Source: a virus. Taken from it: 64,000 nt of DNA. The notes under the pieces are model-generated. The model was not told where the DNA came from. It worked only from the letters and a program-made list of their open reading frames with translations, and searched no databases. Each line of letters begins with the position of its first letter. Within the stretch, counting starts at the first letter, position 1. The position numbers and the translations under genes are program-made. The DNA lies in the IMG/VR virus record IMGVR_UViG_3300029915_000003. One strand, given 5' to 3'. Shown here piece after piece: positions 18,101 through 29,700 of this stretch.

Positions 18101-20602
18101 ATGGCTCAATCAATTAATTTCGCAAATCAAACAATCACCATTCCTGGCGGCTACGCGCAATACAACGTGCAGAATGTAGCTAATGGTTTAGCCTCAAGTG
18201 GTATTATTACGCTTGTTGGCGAATCAGAGATTGGTCCCTCATGGAATCTAGAAGCCGATCTAGACCTAAATATCTTTGGACCAGACCAATTAGCAGATGC
18301 TATTGCCAAGTATGGAGATGGTCGTCTAACCGACGCTATGCGTCAAGGAATCGGTCCATGCCTAGATCCAGCCATTACCGGCTCACCTTCTGGTTTTATT
18401 CTGGTAAAGACCAATGCAGGAACCCAAGCTTCCCTAGTAATTGCCGACCAAGTTAGCGGCAATTACGGTACTTTGTTTAGTCAAAACTACGGGGCTCAAT
18501 TCAACAGCCTTTTTAATACCATTTCAGACTCAGTATCAGAAATAGTGCCTGGATTTACAGCTACTTATATTCCTCCTCAGACCGCTTTCGGTTTAGGCAT
18601 TCGCGTAGATGGTGGCTCCTCATCCGCCATTACGGTTGCCAATTCACCCGAACTACCAGCGGCTGTAGTTTCGGCTCTAAATGGTGTAAGTGGCATTACC
18701 GCTACGGGGGGTGTGGCTCAAACACTTCTATCTGGTGGAACCACGGTATCCGGTGTTGTTAATAGCGGTACTGGTTTCGGCACTTCTGTAACTTTCTCCA
18801 TTCCCGGTTCGTATCCCACCCCATCGGTAGGAGATACTCTTTTGATGCTAACGAATACCTTGACGGCTAGCTGGAAGGGAGCCTATTCAGTAACCGGTAC
18901 ATCTACTGGTACTATTACAGCCATTAAATTAGCTGATATTGGTGGAACTTCTGGTGTAGTTACTACTCCTACCGGAACTCCATCTGCAAGTCTAACAAGT
19001 TCAGACATGGAAACGTACACAGCCATTAATGTTGTTACCTCTTCAACTCTAATCGATGGTTTGGGCAAATCACTAGAAATACTACAAACTAGTGGCTCTG
19101 CTGCTGAAACCCTATTCTACGTTCCCGGAACTGCGGTTCCAAGTGGAGTTATTGCTACCTCTACCACTCCTGAATTAAACGTTTCAGCGGCTGAACGTGT
19201 CGTTGGTATGTCCATCCTCAATGCGGCCACCAATAATGCTTATAATTTCACTGCCGGTGGACAAGTTGTATTAGAAGTTGGTTATTACACCGCTGCGACA
19301 GCTACAATGACCATTGGTGTGGTTAATGGAGTTCCCAGCTTCTCAACTACAGTAAGCGGTGGAGCCGGAGCCAGCATTGCCACAACCCCTCTAAGCCAAT
19401 TCTCCACTGTAGGAGCTATGGCTACCTGGATTAGCAGCAAACTAGGCTATTACGCCGTTCCTTTTAACGCTACTATTGGTTTAATGCCTACTTCTTCTTT
19501 GGACTATGGTACGTTTGGTATTGCTACCAGCCAAAATACAGCCAGCAAAGCTACTGTAGGTCCGGGTAGGATAAAGTCAGATGCGACTTCGTTCTTCAAC
19601 GCTCTAAGTGCTTCTGGAACAGAACAACTAAACAGTCCTGCCGCTAGGGCCAGTTCTGGTCTACCAGCCAATATCACCAGTGTACCATTGGCCGGGGGAA
19701 CCTTGGGTGGAACTACTGAAGCTCAATTCCAAGCTGCTATCGATGCTTGCCAATCTGTTACAACCAACTTCATCGTTCCTCTTATAAGCCAAAACGCCTC
19801 TTTGGATATCGCCAGTGGATTAACCGATCCTTCTTCGACATACCAAATCGATGCGGTTAACTCATACGTATTAAAGCACTGCAACTTCATGTTCGGTCCT
19901 CCCAATATGGGAAATCGTCAAGGGTTCCTCTCGAAGAGGGACACTCTAGCGAATTGTGAACAAGCTGCTGCCAACCTAAATAGCTCTTTGGTTAGTATGG
20001 CTTTCCAAGACATTAAAATCGTAGAAGCTAACGGTATAGTTCAAGAACAACCTTGGGCTAATGCGGTTACAGCTGCGGCAATACAAGCGGCTGGATTCTA
20101 TCAAGGTATATTCTTCAAATCTATCGATGTCAGTGGTGCGGTTCAAGCGGCTGGAGATTTCAACCCCAAGAACCGTAGCCAATTAACTGCGGCTCTCAAG
20201 AGTGGATTATTGATTATACAACCTGTAAATGGTTTCCGCTATGTTTCAGACCAAACCACCTACGGTACGGATAACAATCCAATCTACAACTCAATCCAAG
20301 CGATTTATGCGGCCAACCTATGCGCTCTAACTCTAGCTCAACGTATGGAAACAGCCTATGTAGGTAAATCCCTAGCAGACACCAGTGCTTCCTTGGCTTT
20401 GGCTTCAATTGACCTAATTTGCCAAAATCTATTTAATGCTAAATTGATTGCGGCCAGCACTGGAGCGCCAAAGGGATACACTAACGCATCCGTAAGGATC
20501 GTTGGTCCTCAAATGATGGTTCAATTGGACTTATACGTCGCTACTTGTTTGTACTTTGTAACCATTAATTTCAACGTACAACAAATCGTCCAAAGCGCCT
20601 AA
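18101..20602 (+). CDS. contractile tail sheath protein
   Basis: N-terminal IPGGY..LVGESEIGP; C-terminal sheath domain (L..GL.II..GFRYVSDQTTY..IQ..YVG); precedes tube. Confidence 0.88.
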   Translation: MAQSINFANQTITIPGGYAQYNVQNVANGLASSGIITLVGESEIGPSWNLEADLDLNIFGPDQLADAIAKYGDGRLTDAMRQGIGPCLDPAITGSPSGFILVKTNAGTQASLVIADQVSGNYGTLFSQNYGAQFNSLFNTISDSVSEIVPGFTATYIPPQTAFGLGIRVDGGSSSAITVANSPELPAAVVSALNGVSGITATGGVAQTLLSGGTTVSGVVNSGTGFGTSVTFSIPGSYPTPSVGDTLLMLTNTLTASWKGAYSVTGTSTGTITAIKLADIGGTSGVVTTPTGTPSASLTSSDMETYTAINVVTSSTLIDGLGKSLEILQTSGSAAETLFYVPGTAVPSGVIATSTTPELNVSAAERVVGMSILNAATNNAYNFTAGGQVVLEVGYYTAATATMTIGVVNGVPSFSTTVSGGAGASIATTPLSQFSTVGAMATWISSKLGYYAVPFNATIGLMPTSSLDYGTFGIATSQNTASKATVGPGRIKSDATSFFNALSASGTEQLNSPAARASSGLPANITSVPLAGGTLGGTTEAQFQAAIDACQSVTTNFIVPLISQNASLDIASGLTDPSSTYQIDAVNSYVLKHCNFMFGPPNMGNRQGFLSKRDTLANCEQAAANLNSSLVSMAFQDIKIVEANGIVQEQPWANAVTAAAIQAAGFYQGIFFKSIDVSGAVQAAGDFNPKNRSQLTAALKSGLLIIQPVNGFRYVSDQTTYGTDNNPIYNSIQAIYAANLCALTLAQRMETAYVGKSLADTSASLALASIDLICQNLFNAKLIAASTGAPKGYTNASVRIVGPQMMVQLDLYVATCLYFVTINFNVQQIVQSA

Positions 20603-20646
20603 GTAATAGTAATTTTAAGCAATAAATAAGAAAATGGATATAAACT

Positions 20647-21192
20647 ATGGCTACTAATCTACCCCGTGCGAAAATTTGGTCTGGAGCCCGCGCACTTGTA
20701 TACGTAAATGCGGTTCCAAACGCAAATGGTTCAGCCTCACCCAGCCAGGGGGGTGGTACCGTTCAACCCACCACTGGAGACGGTCTAGTTCTAATTGGTC
20801 TATTCACTACCGTATCGTATAATTTCAGCTATATGGAGCAAGACATTGATATACTTGGTCGTTTCGGACCAGTACAAATTGAATACGTAGGGGCTACCAC
20901 CGTATCAGGTTCAGCCAGCGGATGGCGTGTAGTTGACAATGGTCCGATGGCTACCGGTTTGTTCCCTACGATGGATCAATTGCTAAATTATACCGATTTG
21001 GTATTCCAAATAGTTGATCGCCAAGACCCAACCAAAATCTTTTGCAATATTACTAATGTTAAGCCTTTAAATTACAGCTCCGGTACTGCCAATAAAACAG
21101 CCAGTACGTTCAGCTTGGATTTCAAGGGTCTAATACTAGAAGAGGACGGCGTTTCCAACGCTGAAATCAACGTACCCAGCTTGCCAATTTAA
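20647..21192 (+). CDS. tail tube protein
   Basis: SGARA..IG...VSY..ILGRF...IEY; 181 aa directly after sheath. Confidence 0.8.
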   Translation: MATNLPRAKIWSGARALVYVNAVPNANGSASPSQGGGTVQPTTGDGLVLIGLFTTVSYNFSYMEQDIDILGRFGPVQIEYVGATTVSGSASGWRVVDNGPMATGLFPTMDQLLNYTDLVFQIVDRQDPTKIFCNITNVKPLNYSSGTANKTASTFSLDFKGLILEEDGVSNAEINVPSLPI

Positions 21193-21204
21193 ATTAAGTA
21201 GGAC

Positions 21205-21561
21205 TTGATTTTGCCCAAGGGGAACGGAATGGCCACAAGTGAATTTGATACTAATCAAATCCTATCTGCTATCGATAGGGTTAATGAAAAGCTTGACAAT
21301 ATCAAGGATAGTCTTCATTCCGTTCAGTCCGACATGAATGGAAGGTTCAGTGGCTTAACTGAATGGAAAATATCCCAAGAAGACGCCATAGAAGATTTAA
21401 AAACCAATTTCAAAGCTCTTGATACGGCGCGTCAAGAAATGGAAAAAGAATTTGCCGCAAATAGGGCTAAGGATAAAATTGTTACCTTTATAGGTACCAC
21501 CATATTAACCCTAGCTGGTTCAGTGGCAACTCATATTTTTTTACATACAGTTACCAAGTAA
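21205..21561 (+). CDS. coiled-coil protein with C-terminal TM (holin/XhlA-like)
   Basis: Heptad region followed by hydrophobic IVTFIGTTILTLAGSVA. Confidence 0.45.
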   Translation: MILPKGNGMATSEFDTNQILSAIDRVNEKLDNIKDSLHSVQSDMNGRFSGLTEWKISQEDAIEDLKTNFKALDTARQEMEKEFAANRAKDKIVTFIGTTILTLAGSVATHIFLHTVTK

Positions 21562-21599
21562 TACTTTGATTGCCATAGAAGTCCTAATTTTAGGACCAT

Positions 21600-22181
21600 A
21601 TGAACACTCAAATACTAACTGATGCCCTTAATTGGATTATAACCCATAAAACTGCAATAATCGCTGGAGCCTTAGCGGCCCTTCCGACCATTATTACGGC
21701 CCTGTCCAACTACCCCAAGGCGGCTGGATTAGAAGCTGTACTCAAAACAATTCTAAATATACTGTCTATTGCTACTCACAACGATAGTCCTGGTACATTG
21801 AAGCTCCCAGGAACGATGTCCAAGCCTCCGGCTGGGCAAACAGCCACACTCAGTGTGGGCAATGGAGCCAAAGTAGCCATAATCATAGCAATGCTACTTC
21901 CTTCTACCGGATGTACCTTCATGAAGTCAATCGCCAAGCCATCAGAACAATGTGGCATGGCCGAAGTTGTTCCAGTGGTAGGAGCTATTTCTGCTGGGGA
22001 TGAAGCTACGATTGTTGCTGATCTTGGAAACGCAGTCGAATGTGAAATAGGAGTTATCGTAAGCACTCTTCAAGGTAAAATCGATACTGCTACCGCTGCT
22101 GGCAAGGCGAATCCTTTAACCAAGACCGAACAAAAGTTACTACGGGTTGGTCAAGCATGGCTCAAAGCTCATAACAAATAA
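21600..22181 (+). CDS. membrane protein, holin-like N-half with internal lipobox-like segment
   Basis: Hydrophobic AIIAGALAALPTIITAL; KVAIIIAMLLPSTGC. Confidence 0.45.
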   Translation: MNTQILTDALNWIITHKTAIIAGALAALPTIITALSNYPKAAGLEAVLKTILNILSIATHNDSPGTLKLPGTMSKPPAGQTATLSVGNGAKVAIIIAMLLPSTGCTFMKSIAKPSEQCGMAEVVPVVGAISAGDEATIVADLGNAVECEIGVIVSTLQGKIDTATAAGKANPLTKTEQKLLRVGQAWLKAHNK

Positions 22182-22207
22182 TTTAGTATTAATTAAAGGA
22201 ATAAAAA

Positions 22208-23365
22208 ATGGATAATTGGCTATTGGTAGCTTTATTTTCTGTAGGAAGCTGGGGGCTCAGCTTTCTTTTAATGAAGCTTTACGACAATAATATAAAATCT
22301 GAATTTAAAGCTACCGCCAAATCCATTAAAGATACGGCTGATAAGGTAACTAAGGATCTAGTTGCCATTTTAGAAGAAAAGGACAAAACCGTCAATGCTT
22401 TGGCACAGGGGATCTCTTCACTTAATAGCCACAAAGTTGTAATGGAAGGATTCAGCAAAGAAACAGCTGAAAAACTAGTAGCCATCGATATTGAACACCT
22501 TAATGTAAATGGAAGTATCCGACAAACAAACGATGTATTAAATAAACACAAAACATCGGTTCAAGACAGCTTTACGTCCATAAATAACAAATACGAGGAC
22601 TTAAGAAATCAATTAACAGGCTGTACTCAACACATGGAAATGATGACTAGGATTCAAGAACAAACAACCAAATCCCTAGAATCAGCCATTGCTAATTTAA
22701 ACGTAAATAAAGCTACGGTGCTTTCTTTAGATCAAACAAACAATGAAATAAATAAAATCAACCAAGAATTAGCCAAAATCAATAAGTTTGATGAGCTAAA
22801 AGAGTCTATTGTACGTACAGACATGGCTAAAGTCAACAACGAGAGGCTAACTGAGCTACAAGCCGCCCTATTAGACAACAAGAACCTACACACCCAGCTA
22901 GAAATATCCCTTAAAGAACAACTGGCTAATATTAAAGAATCTTTAATTGGTATTAACAGTGAAAAATCCAAACTAGAATTAGACATAATCAATAAGTTCA
23001 ATGAATTCAAAGCTAATTTAGATAAAGAGTCTATTATTAGATTTAATGATCTAAAGAAGGCCGTGGAAAATATTATACCTAATTCCGATACAGCAAATAT
23101 CGTTAAAACAGCCATAGAAGAAGTAGACGCCCTAAAAGATGAAACAATACAAGAATCTATAGTTAAAGCTAAACAAAACCATGAAGCTTATATAGAAGAG
23201 CGTAAAAGCCGTAGGGCTGCTAATCATGAAAATGATCCTAAAACCTTAGAATTTCATCCAGACCAAAAAATAAAAGCCTTAGCCCAAAGAGTCCAAAGAG
23301 ATTTAACCCAAAAAGGATACAAAGTAACACTAGAAAAAATAATCAGTATGGTTAAGGGGAGCTAA
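22208..23365 (+). CDS. N-terminal TM + long coiled-coil protein
   Basis: MDNWLLVALFSVGSWGLSFLL followed by ~340 aa of heptads. Confidence 0.55.
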   Translation: MDNWLLVALFSVGSWGLSFLLMKLYDNNIKSEFKATAKSIKDTADKVTKDLVAILEEKDKTVNALAQGISSLNSHKVVMEGFSKETAEKLVAIDIEHLNVNGSIRQTNDVLNKHKTSVQDSFTSINNKYEDLRNQLTGCTQHMEMMTRIQEQTTKSLESAIANLNVNKATVLSLDQTNNEINKINQELAKINKFDELKESIVRTDMAKVNNERLTELQAALLDNKNLHTQLEISLKEQLANIKESLIGINSEKSKLELDIINKFNEFKANLDKESIIRFNDLKKAVENIIPNSDTANIVKTAIEEVDALKDETIQESIVKAKQNHEAYIEERKSRRAANHENDPKTLEFHPDQKIKALAQRVQRDLTQKGYKVTLEKIISMVKGS

Positions 23366-23369
23366 CCAA

Positions 23370-23711
23370 ATGAATGTATTCACTCCGGTTCCATTTGGAC
23401 CAACATACAACGTATCTACCTTAACTCCATTGATAGGTAATTTTCTTATTAGTGGCTATGATACAGTTATAATTACAATCCAAAACCTAGATTCAACTCA
23501 TACGGTAACTCTAGTGGTAGATCCTAGTACTTCTGGGGTCGTATTCAATACAACCCAGCGCCAGCAAAGTTATGCATTGCCGTTAGAGGAAGGGTCGGTG
23601 ACTATCCAAACTTCTGCATATCAATATATAAGAGTTTCAGCTCAAACAGACGGTCCATCTTACCCTACCGTTCAAGTAAAGTTTCAAATTAATGGTAGTA
23701 AGGATATATAA
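23370..23711 (+). CDS. small beta-sandwich virion-type protein
   Basis: 113 aa beta-rich, ends YIRV..Q. Confidence 0.5.
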   Translation: MNVFTPVPFGPTYNVSTLTPLIGNFLISGYDTVIITIQNLDSTHTVTLVVDPSTSGVVFNTTQRQQSYALPLEEGSVTIQTSAYQYIRVSAQTDGPSYPTVQVKFQINGSKDI

Positions 23712-26700
23712 TGAAACGATTTTTCCTACTTATAATTCTAGTGAGTTTTGGTTCTTTAGCCAATGTAAGCGACCCAGCCGTAACAGCTCCGGTTGGTAGG
23801 GCTACCCCTTCGGCCCTGTCTGTTCAAGGTCAAGCCGGAATGATTCCTATAGCTGTTACTTGCTCTAATTGTGGTTCAGGGGGTGGCTCTGGAGGAGGTT
23901 CGGGTGGAGGCAGCGGTGGTTCGGGTGGAGATGTAAACATTATAGAGGTTGGAGGCGCAGCTGTTTCTTTGGGTTCTAAAACTTCTGTTAATAGCTTTCC
24001 TGTAGTAATAGCTTCAGATCAGGGGGATGTGCCTGTTTCTGCTGTTTCTTTGCCACTACCTACCGGCGCGGCAACTTCTGCCAATCAAACCAGTGAAATA
24101 ACCGTACTGGAAGCAATTTCAGCTCAATTACCCGCCTCACTAGATGGATCTGGAGATCTAAAGGTACATGAACAAGGCATAGCAAATGTAGATATTACCA
24201 ACTCAAGCATTCCCGTGACGCAAAGCGGTTCCTGGACCGTTACAGCTAATGCCGGTACTAACCTAAATACATCCCTGTTGGCCTTGGATACGTCTGTAAA
24301 TGGTATTTTGGTAGCCCAAGCATCTACTACCTCTGGAGAAAAGGGACCGCTAGTTCAGGCTGCGGTAACAACATCCGCCCCAACCTATTCCAATGGGCAA
24401 ACAAGTCCATTATCTTTGGATTCTACTGGTAGCTTACGTGTAAACGTAACGGCTGGTGGAGGAGCCAACGCTTCTATAGGTACAATTGGCGCTACTTTGC
24501 CTGGATCTGCTACCACTGTAGGTTTCAAGGACGGCTCAGGTAATTTGCAAGCGTTTATTGGAGACACCACAAATGGCATTAAAGTACAATTACCTACTGG
24601 TTTTGCTACTTCTGCTTTGCAAACAACAGGAAATGCCACATTGGTTACCATAAATTCAACACTTGGAACCCCTATGCAACAAACAGGTGGTAGCGTTACT
24701 GCTAATGCCGGTACCAACCTAAACACATCCCTATTGTCTTTGGATACTTCAGTTAATGGTATATTGGTAGCTCAAGGTTCAACGACTTCTGGAGAAAAAG
24801 GACCATTAGTTCAAGCTGCGGTAAACACAGCTGCTCCTGTTTATTTAGACGGTCAAACAAGCGCCCTGTCCTTAGATACTACCGGTAGCTTACGTGTAAA
24901 CGTAACGGCTGGTGGAGGAGCCAACGCTTCTATAGGTACAATTGGAAGCGCAATACCATCTTCTGCTACCACTGTTGGATTTAAAGATGGTTCTGGCAAT
25001 CTACAAGCTTTCATTGGTGATACAACAAACGGTATTAAAGTACAATTACCCGGTGGTAGCGTTACTGCTAATGCTGGTACTAACTTAAATACATCCTTAT
25101 TAGCTTTAGATACTTCAGTTAATGGTATTTTAGCTACTCAAGGCTCTACCACCGCTGGAGAAAAGGGTTCCCTGATGATGGGAGCGGTTACCACGTCCGC
25201 TCCATCGTACTCCAATGGGCAGACAAATCCATTCTCTTTGGACGCTGCTGGTAATTTAAGGGTCAACGTAGTGAGCGGAGGTGGTTCTAATGCTTCGGTT
25301 GGTTTAACCGGTACAACGGCTCCTACTTCAGCGACAGAAATGGGTATGATCACCAGTGGTAACTTAGTTGGTATTACAAGTGGTCAAACAACCATGACGA
25401 ATAGCCTTCCAGTGGTAATAGCGTCGGACCAATCTACAATTACGGTACAAGGCGCTGGAACTGGATTAGCTCAATCGGGAGGAGTGTTGTTGACTCAGCC
25501 GACCCAAGCAAAAACAGCCTCTACCGTATTTAACGCATTAAGTCAAACACTTGTTATCCCTTTGGCTGGCTCTCAAGGGGCTGTATTCCAGCTGACAGCT
25601 ATTTCAGCGGGTACTATGACTGCTGTAGTGGATGCCAGCTGGGACAACGGAACTACGTGGACTAGCTCAGGTTACCAATTCGAAGGAGTATTGAGTTCTG
25701 CTACATTTGCATCCTTAGCTGCAAATACAGGTACAAACGCACTAGACGCTTACATGTTGATCCCAAACAACTCAACCTTTACAGCCAATGCTCCCGCCTA
25801 CACCCCTACCCATTTGAGGATTAGGGTTTCAGCCTATTCATCTGGCTCCATTACAGGAACCCTTACTGCTATACCTGTTAATGCAAATCCAAGCACGGGA
25901 GCTATTAACGGCACATACAACCTTCCAGGTGCCGCCACCCTAAACGGTGTAGATATCGGTAACGGTTCAATGGGACCCGTTTGGGGTGCAACTGTCAACT
26001 CATTAGCTCCTCAAGTCGGTATGGAAGTATTGACAGGTGTTGCTACGTCGGCTATCAGGGCTGCAACCTCAGGAAATATGGTCATGCCTAGCATCGATAA
26101 TGCCAACGGAGATGCTTTTGTCGAAATTGCGAGCGGTGTAACAAAAGCGGCTGTAGTTACAAACAATACCACCGCCGTTGGTATTGGTTTGGAAGTGCTA
26201 GATCACGTAGCTGAAACACTAGGAAGCACTGCGTCATATTCAACCGGAAATAGCGTGGCCGCAGCTGTGGACCTTTCGGGTCGTACATATATAGTAGGGC
26301 AGATAGCAGATAACACCGCTGCCGCTGGCAATCCTGTAGCCATTGCAGCCAAGGGCGTAGCCGATGGCGCTGCTCCTTCAGCCGTATCTGCCGGTAGCAC
26401 TGGTTATCCAATTATGTCACTCGATCGTCGTCTTTATGTGGATACCACTCATCCTAATTTTTTCTCTTACAACATGAGCGGACAAACGACAAATACTCAA
26501 TTAGTTGGTTTATCTGGTGCTAGCGTTTCATATTATATTGATTCTGTTACGTTTTCGACTAGCGCTGCTACAAACATGTCTTTGGTTAGTAGCACTACAG
26601 CTGGTACGGCTTGCGTTTCAACACCAACAATTGTTGTTCCTACTATATACCTAAACTCGGGTGGGGCTGGTGCCACCATGACTTTCCCAAGTCCCATCAA

Positions 26701-26785
26701 AGTGACCGCAAACTCCGCGTTATGCTGCACTGTAAGTGCAGCCAACGCTTCTAGCTGTGTCGTAACTGGACATTTGGCTCCTTAA
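23711..26785 (+). CDS. signal-peptide-bearing T/S/G-rich repeat protein
   Basis: MKRFFLLIILVSFGSLA signal; Gly linker; three internal repeats. Confidence 0.7.
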   Translation: MKRFFLLIILVSFGSLANVSDPAVTAPVGRATPSALSVQGQAGMIPIAVTCSNCGSGGGSGGGSGGGSGGSGGDVNIIEVGGAAVSLGSKTSVNSFPVVIASDQGDVPVSAVSLPLPTGAATSANQTSEITVLEAISAQLPASLDGSGDLKVHEQGIANVDITNSSIPVTQSGSWTVTANAGTNLNTSLLALDTSVNGILVAQASTTSGEKGPLVQAAVTTSAPTYSNGQTSPLSLDSTGSLRVNVTAGGGANASIGTIGATLPGSATTVGFKDGSGNLQAFIGDTTNGIKVQLPTGFATSALQTTGNATLVTINSTLGTPMQQTGGSVTANAGTNLNTSLLSLDTSVNGILVAQGSTTSGEKGPLVQAAVNTAAPVYLDGQTSALSLDTTGSLRVNVTAGGGANASIGTIGSAIPSSATTVGFKDGSGNLQAFIGDTTNGIKVQLPGGSVTANAGTNLNTSLLALDTSVNGILATQGSTTAGEKGSLMMGAVTTSAPSYSNGQTNPFSLDAAGNLRVNVVSGGGSNASVGLTGTTAPTSATEMGMITSGNLVGITSGQTTMTNSLPVVIASDQSTITVQGAGTGLAQSGGVLLTQPTQAKTASTVFNALSQTLVIPLAGSQGAVFQLTAISAGTMTAVVDASWDNGTTWTSSGYQFEGVLSSATFASLAANTGTNALDAYMLIPNNSTFTANAPAYTPTHLRIRVSAYSSGSITGTLTAIPVNANPSTGAINGTYNLPGAATLNGVDIGNGSMGPVWGATVNSLAPQVGMEVLTGVATSAIRAATSGNMVMPSIDNANGDAFVEIASGVTKAAVVTNNTTAVGIGLEVLDHVAETLGSTASYSTGNSVAAAVDLSGRTYIVGQIADNTAAAGNPVAIAAKGVADGAAPSAVSAGSTGYPIMSLDRRLYVDTTHPNFFSYNMSGQTTNTQLVGLSGASVSYYIDSVTFSTSAATNMSLVSSTTAGTACVSTPTIVVPTIYLNSGGAGATMTFPSPIKVTANSALCCTVSAANASSCVVTGHLAP
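24239..25330 (+). repeat. intragenic repeats, 2 full + 1 partial, first two 456 bp apart
   Basis: VTANAGTNLNTSLL..GEKG..SLD..G.LRVNV x3; 62 bp identical at 24428-24489 and 24884-24945. Confidence 0.9.
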
Positions 26786-26786
26786 T

Positions 26787-29700
26787 ATGCTTAAGAGATT
26801 ATTTATATTATTAACAATAGTTGGAAGTGCAGCCTATGCCGGAGATGCATGGGTAGGAAGCAACAGTGCTACATCCTATTATAGCACTAATAACGGTTCT
26901 ACGTGGACTGCTGCAACTGGAATGGCAAGTCAAGGAATACAACCTTCATGCGTTGGTAGTAATTGCACTACCTTTTTTTATGCAGCTACTGGAAATACAG
27001 CTTATTATACAACAAATGGAGGAGCTACATGGAGTACATCAACACTGCCAGCAACTCAGGGGTGGCAAACTCCAAGTTGTGTTGGAACCAACTGTAGCGC
27101 AACTGCTGGTTGGTTTGCTGGAGTAAACACAACGACTGCGGCTTTTAGCTCTAACAACGGACAAACATGGGTATCGTCTACATTGCCATCATCTCAATTG
27201 TGGTGGGCTCCCTCTTGTTCTACTGGAAGTGTTTGTGTTGTTGTATCTGGAAGCACATCAACAAACGTTGCCGCTTTTTCTACTAATAGTGGATCTACAT
27301 GGACCGCTTCTACTTTACCGGCAACCGCCTCATGGGGATATTCGGTGTGCAATGGTTCAAACTGTGTCGTCACGGAAACAGGATCAACCACAACGGCGGC
27401 CTTTAGCAGTAATGGTGGTTCTACCTGGGCAACATCTACGATGCCAAGTTCAGGTCAGTGGAGAGTTTCTTGTTCTGGAACAACATGTGCTGGAACAAGA
27501 TATGATACAAACACAACAGCGGGAGCTTTCTCTTCCAATGGAGGAGCTACTTGGTCTGCGTCAACCCTACCATCAAGCGGAACTTGGAGTTCCATATCAT
27601 GTTATTCATCTACTTGCTTTGCTTTTAGGAATGACTCTGCCACCACCGCTGCTGCCGTATCAACCAATGGTGGCTCTACTTGGTCAGCTTCTACAATGCC
27701 ATCGTCAGCAGCACCGTGGGGTAATCCTTACGCTGATTTTGGCGTTACAAACAATGCAGCCGTTGTCTGCAATGCCACTCTATCTGGGTGTATGACATAC
27801 AATGGAGGTACTGGTTATGCCTTTACGGCAAATAGCGGTACTTCTTGGACGGGTGGCACTATTGGTTCTGGTTATAGCGGATGTGGTCTAGCGTATGCTT
27901 CAGTGGCACCGGCTATCACGTCCTTTACTGGCTCTCCAGGTGTATTTGGGGCGGCTGTAACAATTACAGGTTCTGGGTTTACAGGCGCTACATCATTGTT
28001 GTTTAATAATTTTTCCCAACCAACATTCACTATAGCTTCTGATTCTACAATTACAACTACAGTTCCAACCGGGGCAACAACAGGACAATTATCTGTAACA
28101 TCACCATCAGGTACTGGTCTGTCCGCTTCCAATTTCATAGTTTCTGGACATTCTGGTGGGGCCTTCTTTATAGGTAATAACGGTAGCAATCCAAAAGCCA
28201 ATGTAGCTTACAGTACAAACGGCTCATCTTGGTTTTCAGCAACAGCTTTTGGATCAACATTTTGGAGTAATCTACAAGGAAATACAACGTCTTGCAATTC
28301 TACCACAAATACATGTGTTCTTACTGTCGATCCAAGTTCACTGGGTTTTTTTACAGCTTATTCTCCCAATGGAGGTCAAACATGGCAATTAAGTTCTCAA
28401 TTAGCCGCCAACACATGGGGGGGTGGGGTGAGCTGCCCATCTCTTTCTGGATGCGTAATGGTACAAGGTATTTCGACCAATACGGTAGCTTTTTCAACAA
28501 ATGGAGGCTTATCATGGAGTACTTCTACAACTCCATCTACCACGACCTGGAATGCTCCTGCATGTGTTGGAGCTAATTGTACACTTACCTCAAATGCCGG
28601 TACGGCTGGAGCGGCTTATTCAACAAATGGAGGTTCTACATGGACCGCTGCGACGATGCCTTCTGCCGCAACATGGAACACACCTACATGTGTAAGTACG
28701 TTTTGTACGGTAACGGCTTATTTTACAACTACAACAGCGGCGGCTTATTCAGCCAATAACGGACAAACTTGGTCTGCCGCCATAATGCCTTCTTCCCAAT
28801 CATGGAATCCTCCGACTTGTAGCGGAACGACTTGTTCAGCAACAACAAACACAACAACAACCGCAGCTGCCTATAGCACCAACAATGGCTCTACGTGGGG
28901 TGCAGCTACAATGCCATCTTCAAATCAATGGAACTCACCATCTTGTAGCGGAACTGTTTGTGTCGCCACTATAGTAGCATCCGGCACCACAGCGGCTTAT
29001 TCAACAAATAGCGGGCAAACCTGGACAGCCGCTACAATGCCATCTTCTCATGCTTGGGGAAATCCAGTTTGTGTGAGTAGCAATTGCATTGCGATTCCTT
29101 TTGGAGGTACAGCTACTACCGCTGCTGCATATTCAATAAACGGTGGTCAAACTTGGACAGCCACTACACTACCAACATCGCAATCGTGGGGTCAACCAAC
29201 ATGTATTAATACAAATTGTACGGTAACGGCTTATTACAGCTCAAGCGCTGCTGCATATTCGACAAATAACGGTCAAACTTGGACTGCAACAACTATGCCA
29301 CCGCAAGACGTTCCATTAAATGCAATATCATGTGGCTCTACAACATGCGCAAGCACAAGTAGCTTGTATTCTGGCACTGGAAGTTTCTATACTGGTAATG
29401 GATATTACTGGACCAGTCCAAACTCTCTTCCGGGAAATTCATTAAACTGGAAGGCTGCTTCCTGTGCTGGTTCTACATGTTCAACAGTAGTAACCAATTC
29501 TAGTACAGCCGCTGCTTTTAGCTCTAATGGAGGATCGTCTTGGGTATCCGCAACAATGCCTTCTTCGGCAATATGGAATACACCTCTATGTATTGTTGGC
29601 GGGTTTTGCGTTGCAACAAACGCTACATCTGGTACTGCTGCTGCCTATTCGACAAACGGTGGTTCTACTTGGGTCGCAGCAACGATGCCTTCGAGTGGTG

